Below, piece after piece: positions 25,744 to 39,508 of a stretch of 64,000 nt of DNA. The number at the start of each line of letters is the position of its first letter. The stretch's first letter is position 1. The notes under the pieces are model-generated. The model ran no database searches. It saw only the letters and a program-made list of their open reading frames with translations, and had not been told where the DNA came from. The stretch comes from Octopus bimaculoides (lineage: Eukaryota). The DNA lies in the NCBI RefSeq assembly GCF_001194135.2, contig NC_068999.1, positions 16,991,913 through 17,055,912 of the forward strand, in the 5' to 3' direction. Both the position numbers and the translations under genes were made by a program.

Positions 25744-26581
25744 ATAGTAATAGAAGTAGTAATAGTAGTAGCAACAGCAGAGAAAATGAGTAGCAGTCGA
25801 GGACAGGGGGTGGCGATGTAATCGAGTTACCTTCCTATCCAGATACCCACCACCCATCAACCGAATTTGCTGGCTTGTGCCAAAATTTGTCAGCCATATT
25901 TATGCACGTGATATTTCATGGTGTGAAAATGAATGTCGTAGTTAGTCCTAATTTTAACTTGAAAAGACAAAAGATTACTCCAAGATCAGAATATTTACGC
26001 CGCTTTAATATTCTATAGAATCTTCATTGCAATAAGCATAACGATGTATCACTATTCCAGGAAACTTCAACATCGGCAATCAGATGTCATCTGACATTGG
26101 CTCTGTAGTGTGAAGAGCTACGAAGTGGTTTACTTTTAGAATAGAATAGTTTTCAAAGCGTACAATAATGACCATAATATTTGGTTGCATGCAATGTTAC
26201 TGAACATCACTCACGAAGTATTTTCTAAGTCTTCAAAATACTTCATAATATATTCCCAGTTGACATTAACATGCATGTATATCAAATGCAAATTATTTGC
26301 GTTAAGCTACTTCCTTCACATGTAGACGTTCTAGTGTCATCTGAAATTTAATTATTGTCGAAGTATCCATGTCATTTTATATGAATATATATAAATATAA
26401 TTATGAAGTGTCATGTATCTTCGACAATAATTAAATTTTACATAACACTAGAATGTCTACAAGTGAAGGAAGTAGAGACGTATGCTTTAAGAAATTTAAG
26501 TCACAAGAAACACACAAAAGTGTAAGGTGCCCCAGCACGGCCACAGTCTTAGGCATGAAACGTATAAAAGAATATGTATAC

Positions 26582-26582
<1 letters not shown>

Positions 26583-26659
<77 letters not shown>
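26583..26659. repeat. Uninterrupted (TA)n microsatellite
   Basis: Direct reading; one of many (TA)n, (CA)n and (TACA)n tracts across the window. Confidence 0.97.
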
Positions 26660-26662
<3 letters not shown>

Positions 26663-26759
26663 CAATCGGATGTTATTATATACCACCGGTAACAATGCCC
26701 TTCCTCACGTTGTCGCCCTGCTAGCGGAGCAACTATCATTCCCCTACTGAAATGAACGT

Positions 26760-26910
26760 CAGTCCATCGGAGTGAGAACCATTTATGGGTGTGTGTCATG
26801 GAGCGTGGGAGGATAAAGTGTTTTGGTTAAAAGACACAACGATTGCTGTCTAGGAATCAAGACACCTAATTTGCAATCTTGAGTGCAGCATCCTAATCAC
26901 TGTATGTCCT
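26760..26910 (-). mobile_element. Degraded type B SINE head
   Basis: GATAAAGTGTTTTGGTTAAAAGACACAACG..AGGAATCAAGAC..CATCCTAATCACT resembles the rc of the 37129 head. Confidence 0.5.
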
Positions 26911-26974
26911 GCTTTATTATTTTTTTTATAGTTGTGCAACATTTTTCTTTTTTTTTTTGTGTATACATTTGCAG

Positions 26975-27076
26975 CTTTCTTCCAAGGAATCTGATGCACT
27001 TAGCTTAGCTGGCCAGATTGGATCAATATCAAGAATAACCAGGCGAAATCGCAAAGATAATCTGGATCTCGACTGA
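26975..27076 (+). CDS. Candidate terminal exon (LSSKESDALSLAGQIGSISRITRRNRKDNLDLD*)
   Basis: Long polypyrimidine acceptor TTTTTCTTTTTTTTTTTGTGTATACATTTGCAG|, 33 codons in phase 0 to TGA. No homology recognised. Confidence 0.3.
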   Translation, partial: LSSKESDALSLAGQIGSISRITRRNRKDNLDLD

Positions 27077-27396
27077 AGAGAGAAAACTCCGAATGACATG
27101 TCCGTGCTTTCTTTGTATCGTCTGTGTATATTTTGTCCCTTTCTTGTATCACCTAACTGTGTGGATGTTTTGCGTTTTTGTCCCACTCTGTATTATTTAA
27201 ACACATATAGAGCGGCANNNNNNNNNNNNNNNNNNNNNNNNNNNNNNNNNNNNNNNNNNNNNNNNNNNNNNNNNNNNNNNNNNNNNNNNNNNNNNNNNNN
27301 NNNNNNNNNNNNNNNNNNNNNNNATATATATATATATATATATATACACATTCATACATGTATGTGAATATGCATGTCAGTTTATGTATGTGTGTG

Positions 27397-27432
<36 letters not shown>

Positions 27433-27999
27433 TACATGTACATACATATATGCAGGCATATATGTGAATATATGTATACCCATACGTACATGAACGCACG
27501 CACACATGTCTAGTAATGTGAAAGGTTACACTAACAAGTGGTGTTGAGTCAGATTATAACATTTTTATACCTATACAATATTTGCTTTACAGAGTATAAA
27601 TCACAAGATATACATTGAAGTGCGATTCAGGAACGTTCGTATTTTTCACAACATCACTTAATCTCCCCGGGACGTTATACTGTTGGACTGTAGTACTGAT
27701 ATTACATAATAGGTTGAGACAGATCCTCATACGTAAATTCATAAAGCTTAAAGAGAAAGTAGGGAGTAAATGTGCAGACTGATCCACGCAGTCTATTTTA
27801 AGAAGAGTTCTTTTGTTGGTGCGATTCCCTGAAAGTTGTCTACAATCAGTATTTAACTAGTGGTCTATTCTTCTTGCAGAGACATATATGCATACACACA
27901 TATGCATACATATGTACATATCCATATATACATATGTATATAGATATGTACACACACACACATATACATATATGTATCTCTGTCTGTCTCTCTCTCTCC

Positions 28000-28039
<40 letters not shown>

Positions 28040-28050
28040 GNNNNNNNNNN

Positions 28051-28091
<41 letters not shown>

Positions 28092-29034
28092 TACATACGT
28101 ACATACATACGGGCATACAAACATACATGCATATATCTATATATACAGACAGACGCAGTCACTTCGGAAAACACTATCAGATTAACCATATGTTGATCAG
28201 CAATGATGAATAAATATCTAAGCTGAAGCGATATACTTTACATCAACAGCTTGACAATTATAAAAAGCATAACGTACTCGATACACGATATGAACCATAC
28301 TGTTCAGTTTTAGACTGCAGATTTTACAGTCTAATTTTTTATTATTTTTTTTGCTTATATTTATAAGGATTTAATTTCCATTGGCTGGTATGTAATTTTG
28401 TATTGAGTACATAGTCTCGCAGACAATAACTTGAGGCATTAGTATAAATATAGATCGTGTAATTTCTACCGATTTCAGTAATATGAAATGGTATATGTAT
28501 CTTACCATATCAGTGTAGAAGACACCCGCCATGATGTTCTTGATTGCTCTAATTGATTGAACAATATTTGATCAACATTGCATTCAATAGAATATTTATA
28601 TACTTCAAATTCATGAGATAATTATTCTATACCATAAGTCATATTAATTAATATAAAACTGACAGTAGAATGCTGTTTCGGATATTTACGAGAGATATTT
28701 GATTTAAGTTCTCAAATTTCAGTTAATATTTAACTCGGTAAATTAGGAACCGTTGCCACGTAAATTATTACAATTTTAACATCTGAAACCGTGCAATATG
28801 CCGTGAAAGTTTCGAGTATTAGAAATAAGTGATATATCATTCAGAGTGGACGCGCAATAATTACTCACACGAATATTCTGGTACAATACTTATTGTTCAC
28901 TTACATGTTACTACGAAGAGAAACTTACAATTCTTTCATTAGTCTTCATTCAAGATTGCACTAAAGAAATGTGGGAGGTAACGTCATTGGCTAATTGCAA
29001 ATAAATTACGGTCCATCAAACGAATGAACTCTAA

Positions 29035-29071
<37 letters not shown>

Positions 29072-29732
29072 CGCATCTATGTGTGTGCGCGTAGGTCTAT
29101 GCGTGTGTATGTAAGTATGATTGTATACAGATATGTATGCATTTACGTATGTCTCTCTGTGAATATACATGTCTGTCTGCCTGCCTGTCTTTATATATGT
29201 GCGTTTGTTTGTGTGTGTGCGCGTGTGTGTGTGTGTGTGTATAGGAATGTGTGTATGTGTTTCTGTATTTCGCATGAAGAACTAGGATAAGACATAATTT
29301 AGGCTTCAGGAGACATGTGCCCTCATGAAAATATATCGCCGAAATCAAGCTAGAAAATTCACACAGCTATGCTCTAGAGTACAAACACACACACAAACAC
29401 ACGCACGCACACACACACGCACGCATGCACACACATACATAGCCAGACGGGCAGATAACAACATAGCAGTGTATGTTCCGGATCTTTAGCGAGACAGTTT
29501 TATGTACAGATGTGCCTGATTAGACCCAAACGGCTAAATGAATGCAACACATGTTGAACGGAGTCCCCACTCATAAGGGACGGCAGTACAAAATATAGAT
29601 CAATACCAAATCCATCTTCTCTTTACTTAATGAACTATCAATATATATATATGTATTATATAAAACCCATATATATACATAATGCATGGATATATATTTA
29701 CATGTATATGTGTATATATATACGTGTGCGTG

Positions 29733-29769
<37 letters not shown>

Positions 29770-30579
29770 TCACTGCAAATTTGAGATCCTTTCCACGACA
29801 CCATTCTTTCGTGGCAGCATGTCTTTCTCATCAATAGAGCAATTATATACCACTGGACAGATTTCTTCGTTGATTCTCTCACAATTCTAACCTCAGTTAC
29901 AACTAAAAATAATTGCCTAACCGCCTACGATAAACTACTGACTCGCAACACTTCATTATAGAGAAGCTTACCAAATGCAGTCCGTGCTTGTAATATTTTG
30001 CAGTGTTGCATTTATTATTAAAACAATATTTAAATCTCGTACTAACTAAACAAGAATTGATAGGAGTATTTCTGCAATCAATATAGTATTTATATATAAT
30101 CAAATTATTATTGTTAGCATTAATTTAAGTAGCACGTTTCCTATCACTAGTCTTTCAAATTTTTCCATATTTATAATAGATAACCAAATTTCACATTAGC
30201 CTTTACATAGCATGCAGTTGTATTCAACGACATAGAATATATGCATTATAGCATTAAGTGAAGTGAACAATAGACTTTTGTTCGGACTTTCAAGAAATGG
30301 ATATTATCTTCCATAATATTATTTCATTAGTCATATCTAACACTAATAATCACAGGCGATCAAGTTTTTGCTGATGTTTTCAGTCTACAAAAGGCTTCCA
30401 TTATTTGTGATAAAGCGCTAACTCCATTATGAAATATAACATATTTGTTTGTTTATCATTAATACTACATTATTTTTGTTTAAATTTGTTTCTTTATATT
30501 TTTGATAATAGCATTAATAAGTGTAACAATAACAGTAAAGACTAATACGATCAAAAGAACAGGAAATGAAATAAAATAC

Positions 30580-30587
30580 ATGCACAA

Positions 30588-30629
<42 letters not shown>

Positions 30630-30718
30630 CATAATCTTCGTTATTCAATTATTCTTGTCATCATCAATAATAAAGAAGACAAAACAACAACTATATTACA
30701 ACTATATTACTATAACGA

Positions 30719-30771
<53 letters not shown>

Positions 30772-31070
30772 ATAATAATAATGATAATAATAATGATAAT
30801 AATAATAATATTAATAATAATGAAATAAACTGAAGAACAGCAACAAAAATGAAAATATGAAGACCAAAATAATGATGATAATATCAACAAAAAAAAACAG
30901 CAACAACAATAATAATCATCGCCATCATGATCATCATCGCAATCTTCATCATCATCGTCACCAGCATCATTCTTGACATCATTATTATTATTGTTGTTAT
31001 CATCATCATCATCATCATCTTCATCATCATTATTATTATTATTACTTTCATCATTATTATTATTCAAAAA
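30580..31070. repeat. Compound trinucleotide microsatellite field (ATT, CTA, ATA, CAT, CAA)
   Basis: Direct reading; explains the poly-I/L/N/D/S ORFs in the track. Confidence 0.95.
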
Positions 31071-31669
31071 TTTAGTGTATCACTTCAGGCCAGTATATTG
31101 GTAGAAGCATCTGGAACGTCTGTGAATGATATATATATATATTTATGTATCGAGTAATCATTATGGTATGAAAATAAATAATCCATTGTCATTACATTTG
31201 GGTGTTTTGTAGCTAATTGGGTTAACATCAACTGAACCGACGTTCGTAAGTGAGGAACAAGAATCAGAAAACAAACGACTCTGTATAAATAATGTTTATT
31301 ATATATTCTAATGTAAATACATTAGCTGTAATTTGTCGGAACAAAACTTTGCATTCATTAATTTTGTTCATGTTCATTCTATGCTTTATTTATTGTTGTT
31401 GTTGTTGTTATTATTATTATTCTCGTTTTGCATCTGTATTATTTATCTATTTGTATTTATTTATTTATTTAATTCATGAATAACATTGAAGCAGCTGCAA
31501 ATGTCTCTCACAATAGGTTATTACGCTAATATGATTTTTATAATTTATTATCATGATCATGATCATCAACATTATTATCATTATTATTATCATCATTATT
31601 ATTACATCCATCATCGTCATTGTCATCATCATCAACATCAACAATATGATGATGATGATCATCATCATC

Positions 31670-31860
31670 ACCGGGGAGAATGCTTAGCGGCATTTCGTCC
31701 GTTTACACATTGTGAGTTCAAATTCTCATAAGGTCTACTATACCTTCTATCTTTTCGAGGTCGATAGAATAAGTACTGGGGTCGATATAATCGACTCATT
31801 CTCTCTCACGAACTCACTAGCGTTGTGCTTACGTTTGAAATTATTATTATTATTATTATT
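31670..31860 (+). mobile_element. Type C SINE, 5'-truncated, with (TTA)n tail
   Basis: GAATGCTTAGCGGCATTTCGTCCG..GAGTTCAAATTC..TTTTCGAGGTCGATAGAATAAGTACTGGGGTCGATATAATCGACT..TTTGAAATTATTATT. Confidence 0.82.
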
Positions 31861-32331
31861 GAGTGAGAGGCCAATGCATGCCATCAAAGTGACACTGAGG
31901 TAAAATATTCGAAGCCCAGTATACCCATCATGACTACCCGTCTGATAAGGGTACACCAGGCACATGCATCACAACCATATGTGCGCGACATGGTGATCTC
32001 ATATCACGATAAACAGCGCGTGACCTCGCAAGTGGGACCCATGTTTCCAAAGGTGAATTATTCAAACCCCAAAGAATTCCTCTCAACACATGGCTATGAT
32101 GCTCGCCCACTACTTCTGCTCGTGATCAGAGATGCACATATCATCAGCCACTAAGGGACATGCTCAACTGGTTAAGGTCAAACAAATGACAAGCAAATCT
32201 GTGGTATTAAGCAGAATATTTTCTGTAACCCATCTTTTTATACCAAGACAAAATAATGTACATGATAACACTTCCAATCAATTAAGATCAGAAGCCATGA
32301 GAGCCACTACCTGGTACTGCATCCGGACATT
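31861..32331. mobile_element. Unclassified interspersed element embedded in a (TAT)n tract
   Basis: ~470 bp GC-richer block with sharp borders and (TTA)n/(TAT)n on both sides; no RT or transposase motif. I recall it as an abundant octopus repeat but cannot name it. Confidence 0.6.
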
Positions 32332-32764
32332 TATTATTATTATTATCATTATTATTATCATTATTATTATATTCTTCCTCCTGAACATCATCTTCTTAAT
32401 TGTTGTCAGCATTTTCACCACTATTACAACGACCACCAACACCACCACCTTCCTCCTCCTCCTCATCATCATCATCAGCAGCAGTAGCACTAACAACACC
32501 TGTATTATTCATGGCCTGAAAATACCTTAATGACTTCCGTTCTTAAAGTAACAATTTGACGGATATGTCATCAAAGCCAAAATAAATGCATTAAAAGTAT
32601 CTTGAACAGATTTTCGCTTAAATTCCTTCGAATTCAATAAAATCTTTTGAAAGTTAACACATAATTTATACCTCGAGATTAACAATAATGTTCAAATGTA
32701 AACGGTCATGATGAATGTTAAAACATGTGTATGACAATGTCTTAACAATAGTGTTAGAATCTGC

Positions 32765-33000
32765 GAGGACACTTGGCCTGGTAGTTAGGCTGTTGCACTC
32801 ACGATCGCGAGATTGTGGTTTCAATTTCTGAACCGGGTGTTACCTTGTGTTCTTGAGCAAAATACTTCGACTCACTGGTCTGCCATCACTTCGACATTTA
32901 ACGTGTGATATTCCGTGCAACTGTTCAGGCAACGTTGATTTGCTGCAGAAGCCGAGTTAATGTGCAGCGCATACATTTGGTCACTATATACAAATAAGAA
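32765..33000 (+). mobile_element. Type B-like SINE, diverged
   Basis: TGGCCTGGTAGTTAGG..CACTCACGATCGCGAGATTGTGGTTTCAATT..TTGTGTTCTTGAGCAAAATACTT; head and central block resemble 37129-37440. Confidence 0.65.
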
Positions 33001-33167
33001 CCATCTTCCTCAGACTACGAAAGACTACTATCGCCACAGATTCTACGTTTGTTATCTGACTAAATCTATCCAAATTTTTACTTATATAAAATTCACCTTG
33101 AAGGTTTGTTCCTAAATGACTATAATTAAGGATTACTTTGCTTCATTTTTGTTACAACTACCATATA

Positions 33168-33380
33168 AATGAGATGAACTCGCAAAATCGTAAGCCAGTC
33201 AGACGAAAAGCCGAACGACATTTCTTTTCGTTCTAAGTTGAAGTTACGCTGAGGTCGACTTTGACTTTCACCCCTTAAATGTCGATAAAATAGGCACCAG
33301 TAAATCACTGGGGCTGATACAATCAAATCACCCCTCGACCCGAAATATAAGGTCATGCGTCTGTATTAAACTTTATCATA
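33168..33380 (+). mobile_element. Type C SINE, diverged
   Basis: GAACTCGCAAAATCGTAAG..GAGGTCGACTTTGACTTTCACCCCTTAAATGTCGATAAAATAGGCACCAG..CTGGGGCTGATACAATC. Confidence 0.75.
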
Positions 33381-33569
33381 ATCATCATTCAGTAGTCTTA
33401 TTCTTATCACATACTTTCACTGCACAGCTTTCACTGAACTGAAAGTAATTTGCTTAGGATGTGTGCGGTACCTAGTAGTGTTATTTTGTTCATGTTATAT
33501 GTATTCGTAAGTGCTGGTGCTTTAGTTATGTATTTGTCTGCATATTTTTAATCATAGCTAATGCACCTC

Positions 33570-34075
33570 TTATAATGGGATTTATTTCTGATTTTAACCC
33601 CCACATTCACGTTATCTCTATTTCTAGATTTTTATATCTAGAGTTTCTCCGTCTGTTTTAGAAATACATTTGTACGAGTCTTCCTTGATTCTCAGATATT
33701 TCTGTAATCCTATGAGAGATATTTTATAGTAGTATTCTAACTGTACAAGGCTTCAACAGCCTTCAGTTCTTTGTGTATAAAAAATTTTCTGGTAGGTTTT
33801 CAGTGGTGTATTCTAATTCTCACATTATTTTCTTCTATTCCTGACTGCTTTGATCAGTTCCTATTGTGTCGAATTAAAAATATTGTAACTGTAACTTATA
33901 ACTAGGACATCTACAGGATTCATGCCTATTACCTTGATTTTCGCATTGAGCTTTGTTTTAAGTATTAATCTTACTCCCCAAATGAATTCTCTCCCTATCT
34001 TCTCTTTCAATTTCTGTGTCATACCTTATCTAGATAATTGATTCCTAAGTATCAGTATGTCTGGGCTTGATCTAC
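33570..34075 (-). mobile_element. Decayed non-LTR retrotransposon RT C-terminal region, R4/Dong-like
   Basis: Minus translation with stops/frameshift: QTY*YLGIN..KLKEKIGREFIWGVRLILKTKLNAKIKVIGMNPVDVLVISYSYNIFNSTQ*EL..RTEGC*SLVQLEYYYKISLIGLQKYL, resembling the YKYLG..ILKTELNAKNK..SYSF..EGGRGL pattern of R4-clade elements. Confidence 0.68.
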
Positions 34076-35177
34076 TTTTTTTATTTCATCTTCTTTATCT
34101 ATGACAATGTTATTCATAGTGAAAATTACTTATATAAGTACAGTCCAAAATTTTGTAATTTTTTTCTAAGTTTCATTTGTGTTTTTCCTGATGCTTTGGA
34201 TAAATTTCGGAGCAATATTTTCTTTTTCTCGCAAGTTAAACATCCCTGGTGTCATTATAATTATAATTATTATTGTTGTTGTTATTATTATTGCTGCTGC
34301 TGCTGCTGTTGTTGCTGCTGTTATTTTTGTTATCAAGAAGTAGGAGAAAACGGCTACAATAACTCCGATGAATGGGTCTACTCTTCGTCATTCGGGCAAC
34401 TTAGCATGCTTAAATGCATTTTCCTTGATAGTGAATTTATTCTGGTAACTGTGATGAATGTTGTTAATAGGTTCATGATGGCTGATCTCTTCTTCGCCCC
34501 TCACGTCTTGCATTTTCTATAATTTGTTTTCAATGAATCTTTTTTTGTCATCATCGATGATGCATAAATCAGAAATCTTCGTAAGTTATCCATTAAATAT
34601 TGTATTATCTACCTTCCACATCATATACGCAGTCATAAGAATTGTTCTTATTGCTGTTGTTAAGGTTGTTATAAATCTTATTGTTTGAGATTTTGCTAAC
34701 ATTTTGGAAAATTTAGACTCGCTTGTACAAGGTAACAAGCCTTGTCAATAAAAACCACGCCTACATTTCCAAGAATGTTAATAATTCAAAGAGTTAATTA
34801 TCACGTGGTTTGCCTAAGAATCGATTCCGGTGTCTTTTCAAATTATACTTTTCTTTTCTTTGACACCTCACCGCACACACACTCACACGCGCGCGCAAAC
34901 ATGCATGCACGCACGCACGCACACACGCACACACACACACACACACACACATACTTTAAGTTTATAAATGTAGATTTGCAGTGTGAATGTGTTAATATTC
35001 ACAGACAAATATATATACAGTTTGTTCCATAAAAATGGATAAAACGACAAAACTAAATGACAATCGTATTTTCAATACAATATCATTAAACAAAATCTAT
35101 TTCTATTTACATGTGTGTGTATCTATAAAGTTAGACAGAAATATACATACATATATATATGTGTGTGTGTGTTTATG

Positions 35178-35231
<54 letters not shown>

Positions 35232-36254
35232 GTGTATATATATATGTGTGTGTGCGTTTGTGTGCTGTGTGTGTTCACAATTGTGTTTTGAATTCGCTTT
35301 GATACAAATGTGTTGTTTTATTTTATATATGTTAGATGTATGAAAGTAAGACGCGAAACCGAATGTTGTTCGTACATAGAATGACAAAGAATCCAATTGA
35401 ACTGTTCCAACAATTTGGTCTAGTGATCTATCGTTTCTGACACCGACTAAATAACTTCTATTATTAAGAGTAGTCACATGATTAAATCACATAGAAATAT
35501 TGAATATGAAATTCAGAGCAGTTTGTGGCTTGCGTTGGCGCCATTTCAAACGTTTATACGCTTCATATGAAAGAAGTTGGCTTTGCGCCCACTAAAAATA
35601 TAACTTTATTTTCAGATCCCAATCGAATAAATTCTTAAAATCGAAATTACACTACCATTTAATTCTTCTAATTTCACATCCAATTCCATTTGGCCTTTTC
35701 AGCTTTGCTTTCTTTTGTTTTATTGATAATCACTTTTCTTTGCTATTCCTAATATGACGTAAAATAACGTAAAAAAGAAATAAATATGAACAATCAATGG
35801 CCTCTATCTATCAACACCACCGTTTGATTCCAGTACAGTAGCAATTTCGACGTGAATCCATATTTCGGATGAAATGCAAATTTTCTGAAAAAGACTTGTC
35901 AGAGGAAAAGTCAGCACGTTTATAGAACGCTAGTTGTCTCAGATCTCCAGTGAATTTGAGCTGGCACTAGTCTGCTACTTCATAGGAAACTACAGCATTG
36001 ACTTATTTTGTAGTATAACAAACGCTGTACTCTATGGTTCTTTAATTCAACCTCGACTCAACTCAACAAACAACATTTATTATTGTCATAATTTAAGTGC
36101 TCCATACTCTGGTTACAGTGGCTGGAATTTCTACATTTAATATAATTCTCAGACTGGAATTAGCATAATGTCATGCGAATATATTTTATCTTTAGAACTA
36201 CAGGCACAATCCACCTGACCAATTCATACACGGCATGAATTGAGCAGAGGGTAC

Positions 36255-36355
36255 AGAAAAATGACTATTGCCCAAAATACCGCACAGTGAGATTGAATTG
36301 TGGACATTCTGATTGTGAAATAAACACCATAACTGCTCGATCATACTGCACCTAA
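36255..36355 (-). mobile_element. Degraded SINE head fragment
   Basis: TTGCCCAAAATACCGCACAGTGAGATTGAA..AAACACCATAAC resembles the rc of type A heads. Confidence 0.4.
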
Positions 36356-36828
36356 ATACATACGGCTATGTGTACTTAAAAAAAGAGGAGAGACAGAAGG
36401 AGAAGAAGGGGAGAGAAAAAAGAGGGTGATATGAGAGAGAGAGAGAGTGAGAGATAGGGAGGAACCAAGATTTTCTTTGCAAACGAACTGGAGTTATTTG
36501 TCGCTTGTGGCACCCAGCAGGAAAAGGTGTCAATTAAATTATTTGCTTGAACATTGTGTGAATTGTATATAATATATATTTGCTGATCATTAAAGTTTTT
36601 ATATCTTGCATTTTATATTGTTGTGGCACATTAATTATATATGTTTTAACTTGTATGTTCATGGTGAAAATCTAGATGTGGTAAAAAAAAAAAAAAAAAG
36701 AATGTTATTGTTCCGAAAGAAATGGAAGGGTCTCATCCGAATTTATGGGGAAAATCTAATTTAAAAGTCAACACACCAAAGGATGTGTGCACGGTGCGTG
36801 CGTTTGTATGTATGTGTATATGGGGATG

Positions 36829-37041
36829 TATGAAGGAATGCTGAATAATTCCTGTATTTAACTGTAACGCGAAAGCTTGGCTGGCGGCCCGAAGATTTTT
36901 TCCAGGGCTTAGAAAAACTCAAGTATCGCTGCAATAAGTGTGTGAATCTAATCCGGAAATATTTTGAATACAATCATAATCAACTGACCTCCTCTATTTT
37001 TCTTTTGCCCAAAGCCAGGAAATTTTCAGCATCCGATCGTA
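36829..37041 (+). mobile_element. Short mariner-derived MITE with TA TSD
   Basis: TA|TGAAGGAATGCTGAATAATTCCTG and (rc) TA|CGATCGGATGCTGAAAATTTCCTG; interior encodes QGLEKLKYRCNKCVNLIRKYFE, a mariner transposase C-terminal motif. Confidence 0.78.
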
Positions 37042-37097
37042 TATACATGCATGCATACATATTTGTGTGTGTGTAGATGCACACACACACACACACA

Positions 37098-37128
<31 letters not shown>

Positions 37129-37440
37129 GGTGAAGGTACGTGGCTTAATGGTTAGGGCATTCGGCTCACAATCGTAAGGTCGTGAGTTCAATTCACAGCG
37201 ACGCGTTGTGTCCTTGAGCAAGGCACTTTCTTTCACGTTGCTGCAGTCCACTCAGTAGGCAAAAATGAGTAATACCTATACAAAGGACCAGCATTGTCAC
37301 GTTGAGTCTCCCTACGAACTACGTTAAGGGATACATTTGTTTGCGGAATGCTCAGCCACTTGCACGTTAATTTCACGATCAAGCAGTTCCGTTGATCGTA
37401 TTAGCTGGGACCCTCGTCGTCGTAACCGACGGAGTGCTCT
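37129..37440 (+). mobile_element. Type B tRNA-derived SINE, full length
   Basis: A box TGGCTTAATGGTTAG, B box GAGTTCAATTC, central TTGTGTCCTTGAGCAAGGCACTT..TTGCTGCAGTCCACTCAG, 3' module shared with 8491-8868. Confidence 0.88.
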
Positions 37441-37441
37441 T

Positions 37442-37476
<35 letters not shown>

Positions 37477-37485
37477 ATATATATA

Positions 37486-37593
<108 letters not shown>

Positions 37594-39200
37594 TATACAC
37601 ACACGACACACACAAACACACGCTCACACACACACACACATTGATACCCATCTAGAACCTTTTTGAACATAGATCTGCTCAATCACAGTCGAACTGGTGT
37701 CTAAACGGTCACACCATTTTTTTTTTCATGCAAACTGCTCTTATCACCAAGAGAATACTTCTGGACGAGTTATAGAAATGTCCTACATTATTTCAATATA
37801 GTGGTTATAAAATGTATATTTATTCGAGGAAGCAATTGGGTTGAATTATTTGCTTGACTAAATTTATATTCTCTGACGTATATAACTATAATACGTTTCT
37901 AATGTCTGTAAATGAAGGGGGATGAAGTTAGCTACATTTATGTCTCTCGGTCATATATCCGAATCAATATGAGTTAAGAAAGAAAATTTACTCTTTAAGA
38001 ATCTGTAGACTTCGAGGTTGGGTGGAAAAGGAAAGGGGAGAACGTTTTAAATCATTGCACTTTTGTTTTTATTTTATTTTGTCTGTCTGCAAGGCTTACA
38101 TACGTACATAAATCAAAATGAAATCATTCAAGTATCGCAGACTTGTTGTGGACATGAATTCTCGAGAGATTTTAGCGAAGTTGCAGGAGTCACTGTTTTT
38201 AGTTTTTGTTTTTCGTTTCTGTCTTTCATGCATAGTTTAGGCCGGACATATTTTCTGATGTGTCGTATATTTAAAGACGTTACGAACTAGCGATTTAACA
38301 GACTTAACCAGTGACCTCGTAGAGATTACCAAAGTAGCAGATGTTGTGGTGATATTAGTAACTATATCCCGATTCTGTTAACAATATCAAATACATGATA
38401 AATACATATTAGCAACAGGCTCGGCAAAATCACTTTGGTTGCAGCGACTAATCGTGTTTGCTTGTTCAGTTCCNNNNNNNNNNNNNNNNNNNNNNNNNNN
38501 NNNNNNNNNNNNNNGTTTTACATATCACCATATCCTTTTATGCATCTTTGCCGCATGAAGTTCGACTTTCTTAGTTTTCGTAGACAAACATGCGTTCTCC
38601 TCAACTGCAACAAATTTCATTTGACTTTCATCAATGCTTCACCCAACCCTATAGTCTTTCATATTTTCACTATTATCCATAGTTCCTTCTGTCCTTTTCT
38701 GAGTAGTTCTAAATTATTAATGCAATGGAATAAACTCAATCTCCTCTCAAGTTCTGCCTATAGTTGCTATGATGCACGTCCTTAGTAACACATATGCATA
38801 TTGATTTCTTCATTGCAACTTTAGTATGTGAAAAACAAAAGTGTGGTTATTGTTTTCAAATGGTGGCAACTCTACCCAACTATTTCAAATGTTCATACAA
38901 TTAAACTTACTAAAAATAGCAACCTAATCTTCCTCGAATCAAGAGATACTGCAACGTAATGCATTCCAGGGGACTCTGTGTTTGAAGTCAAATGATGGAG
39001 TAAACAGGAAGCAAATTCGTTTCATCATACGGCTTCTATACCGGCGTTACACTACAACTGAAGGACGACAATATCTTGGTGTAAATAATAGTTGTAGAAT
39101 TATTTGATGTCCCCCGTTAGCACGTCTCCTTGGTCGTTTTGAAATACCAGTAAAAAATTCTAGTCATTAGCATCAGCAATATATGTATACACATATATAT

Positions 39201-39411
39201 ACTTCTTTTATCTCTCCTTTACTTGTTTCAGTCATTAGACTGAGGCAATGCTGGGGCACCATATTTATTTTTGGTGGAATGAGTCAATCCCGGTACTTAT
39301 TTTCTCGGTTTCTTTTTGCCGATCGGCTAAATTATGGGGACGTAAACACACCAACACCACTTGTCAAACGGTGATGGTGGGGACAAACGCAGACACAGAG
39401 ACCCTCAGATG

Positions 39412-39508
<97 letters not shown>

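Noticed and set aside
28506-28548. Minus-strand exon candidate AIKNIMAGVFYTDM resembling the glutamate-receptor M4 lead-in (N.AGVFY)
   Set aside because: Only 5-6 matching residues, no transmembrane helix follows and no other receptor exons were found.
38259-38378. Frame ..DLVEITKVADVVVILV.. resembling the Bms1/Tsr1 KVAD motif
   Set aside because: Short, bounded by stops, no flanking GTPase motifs.
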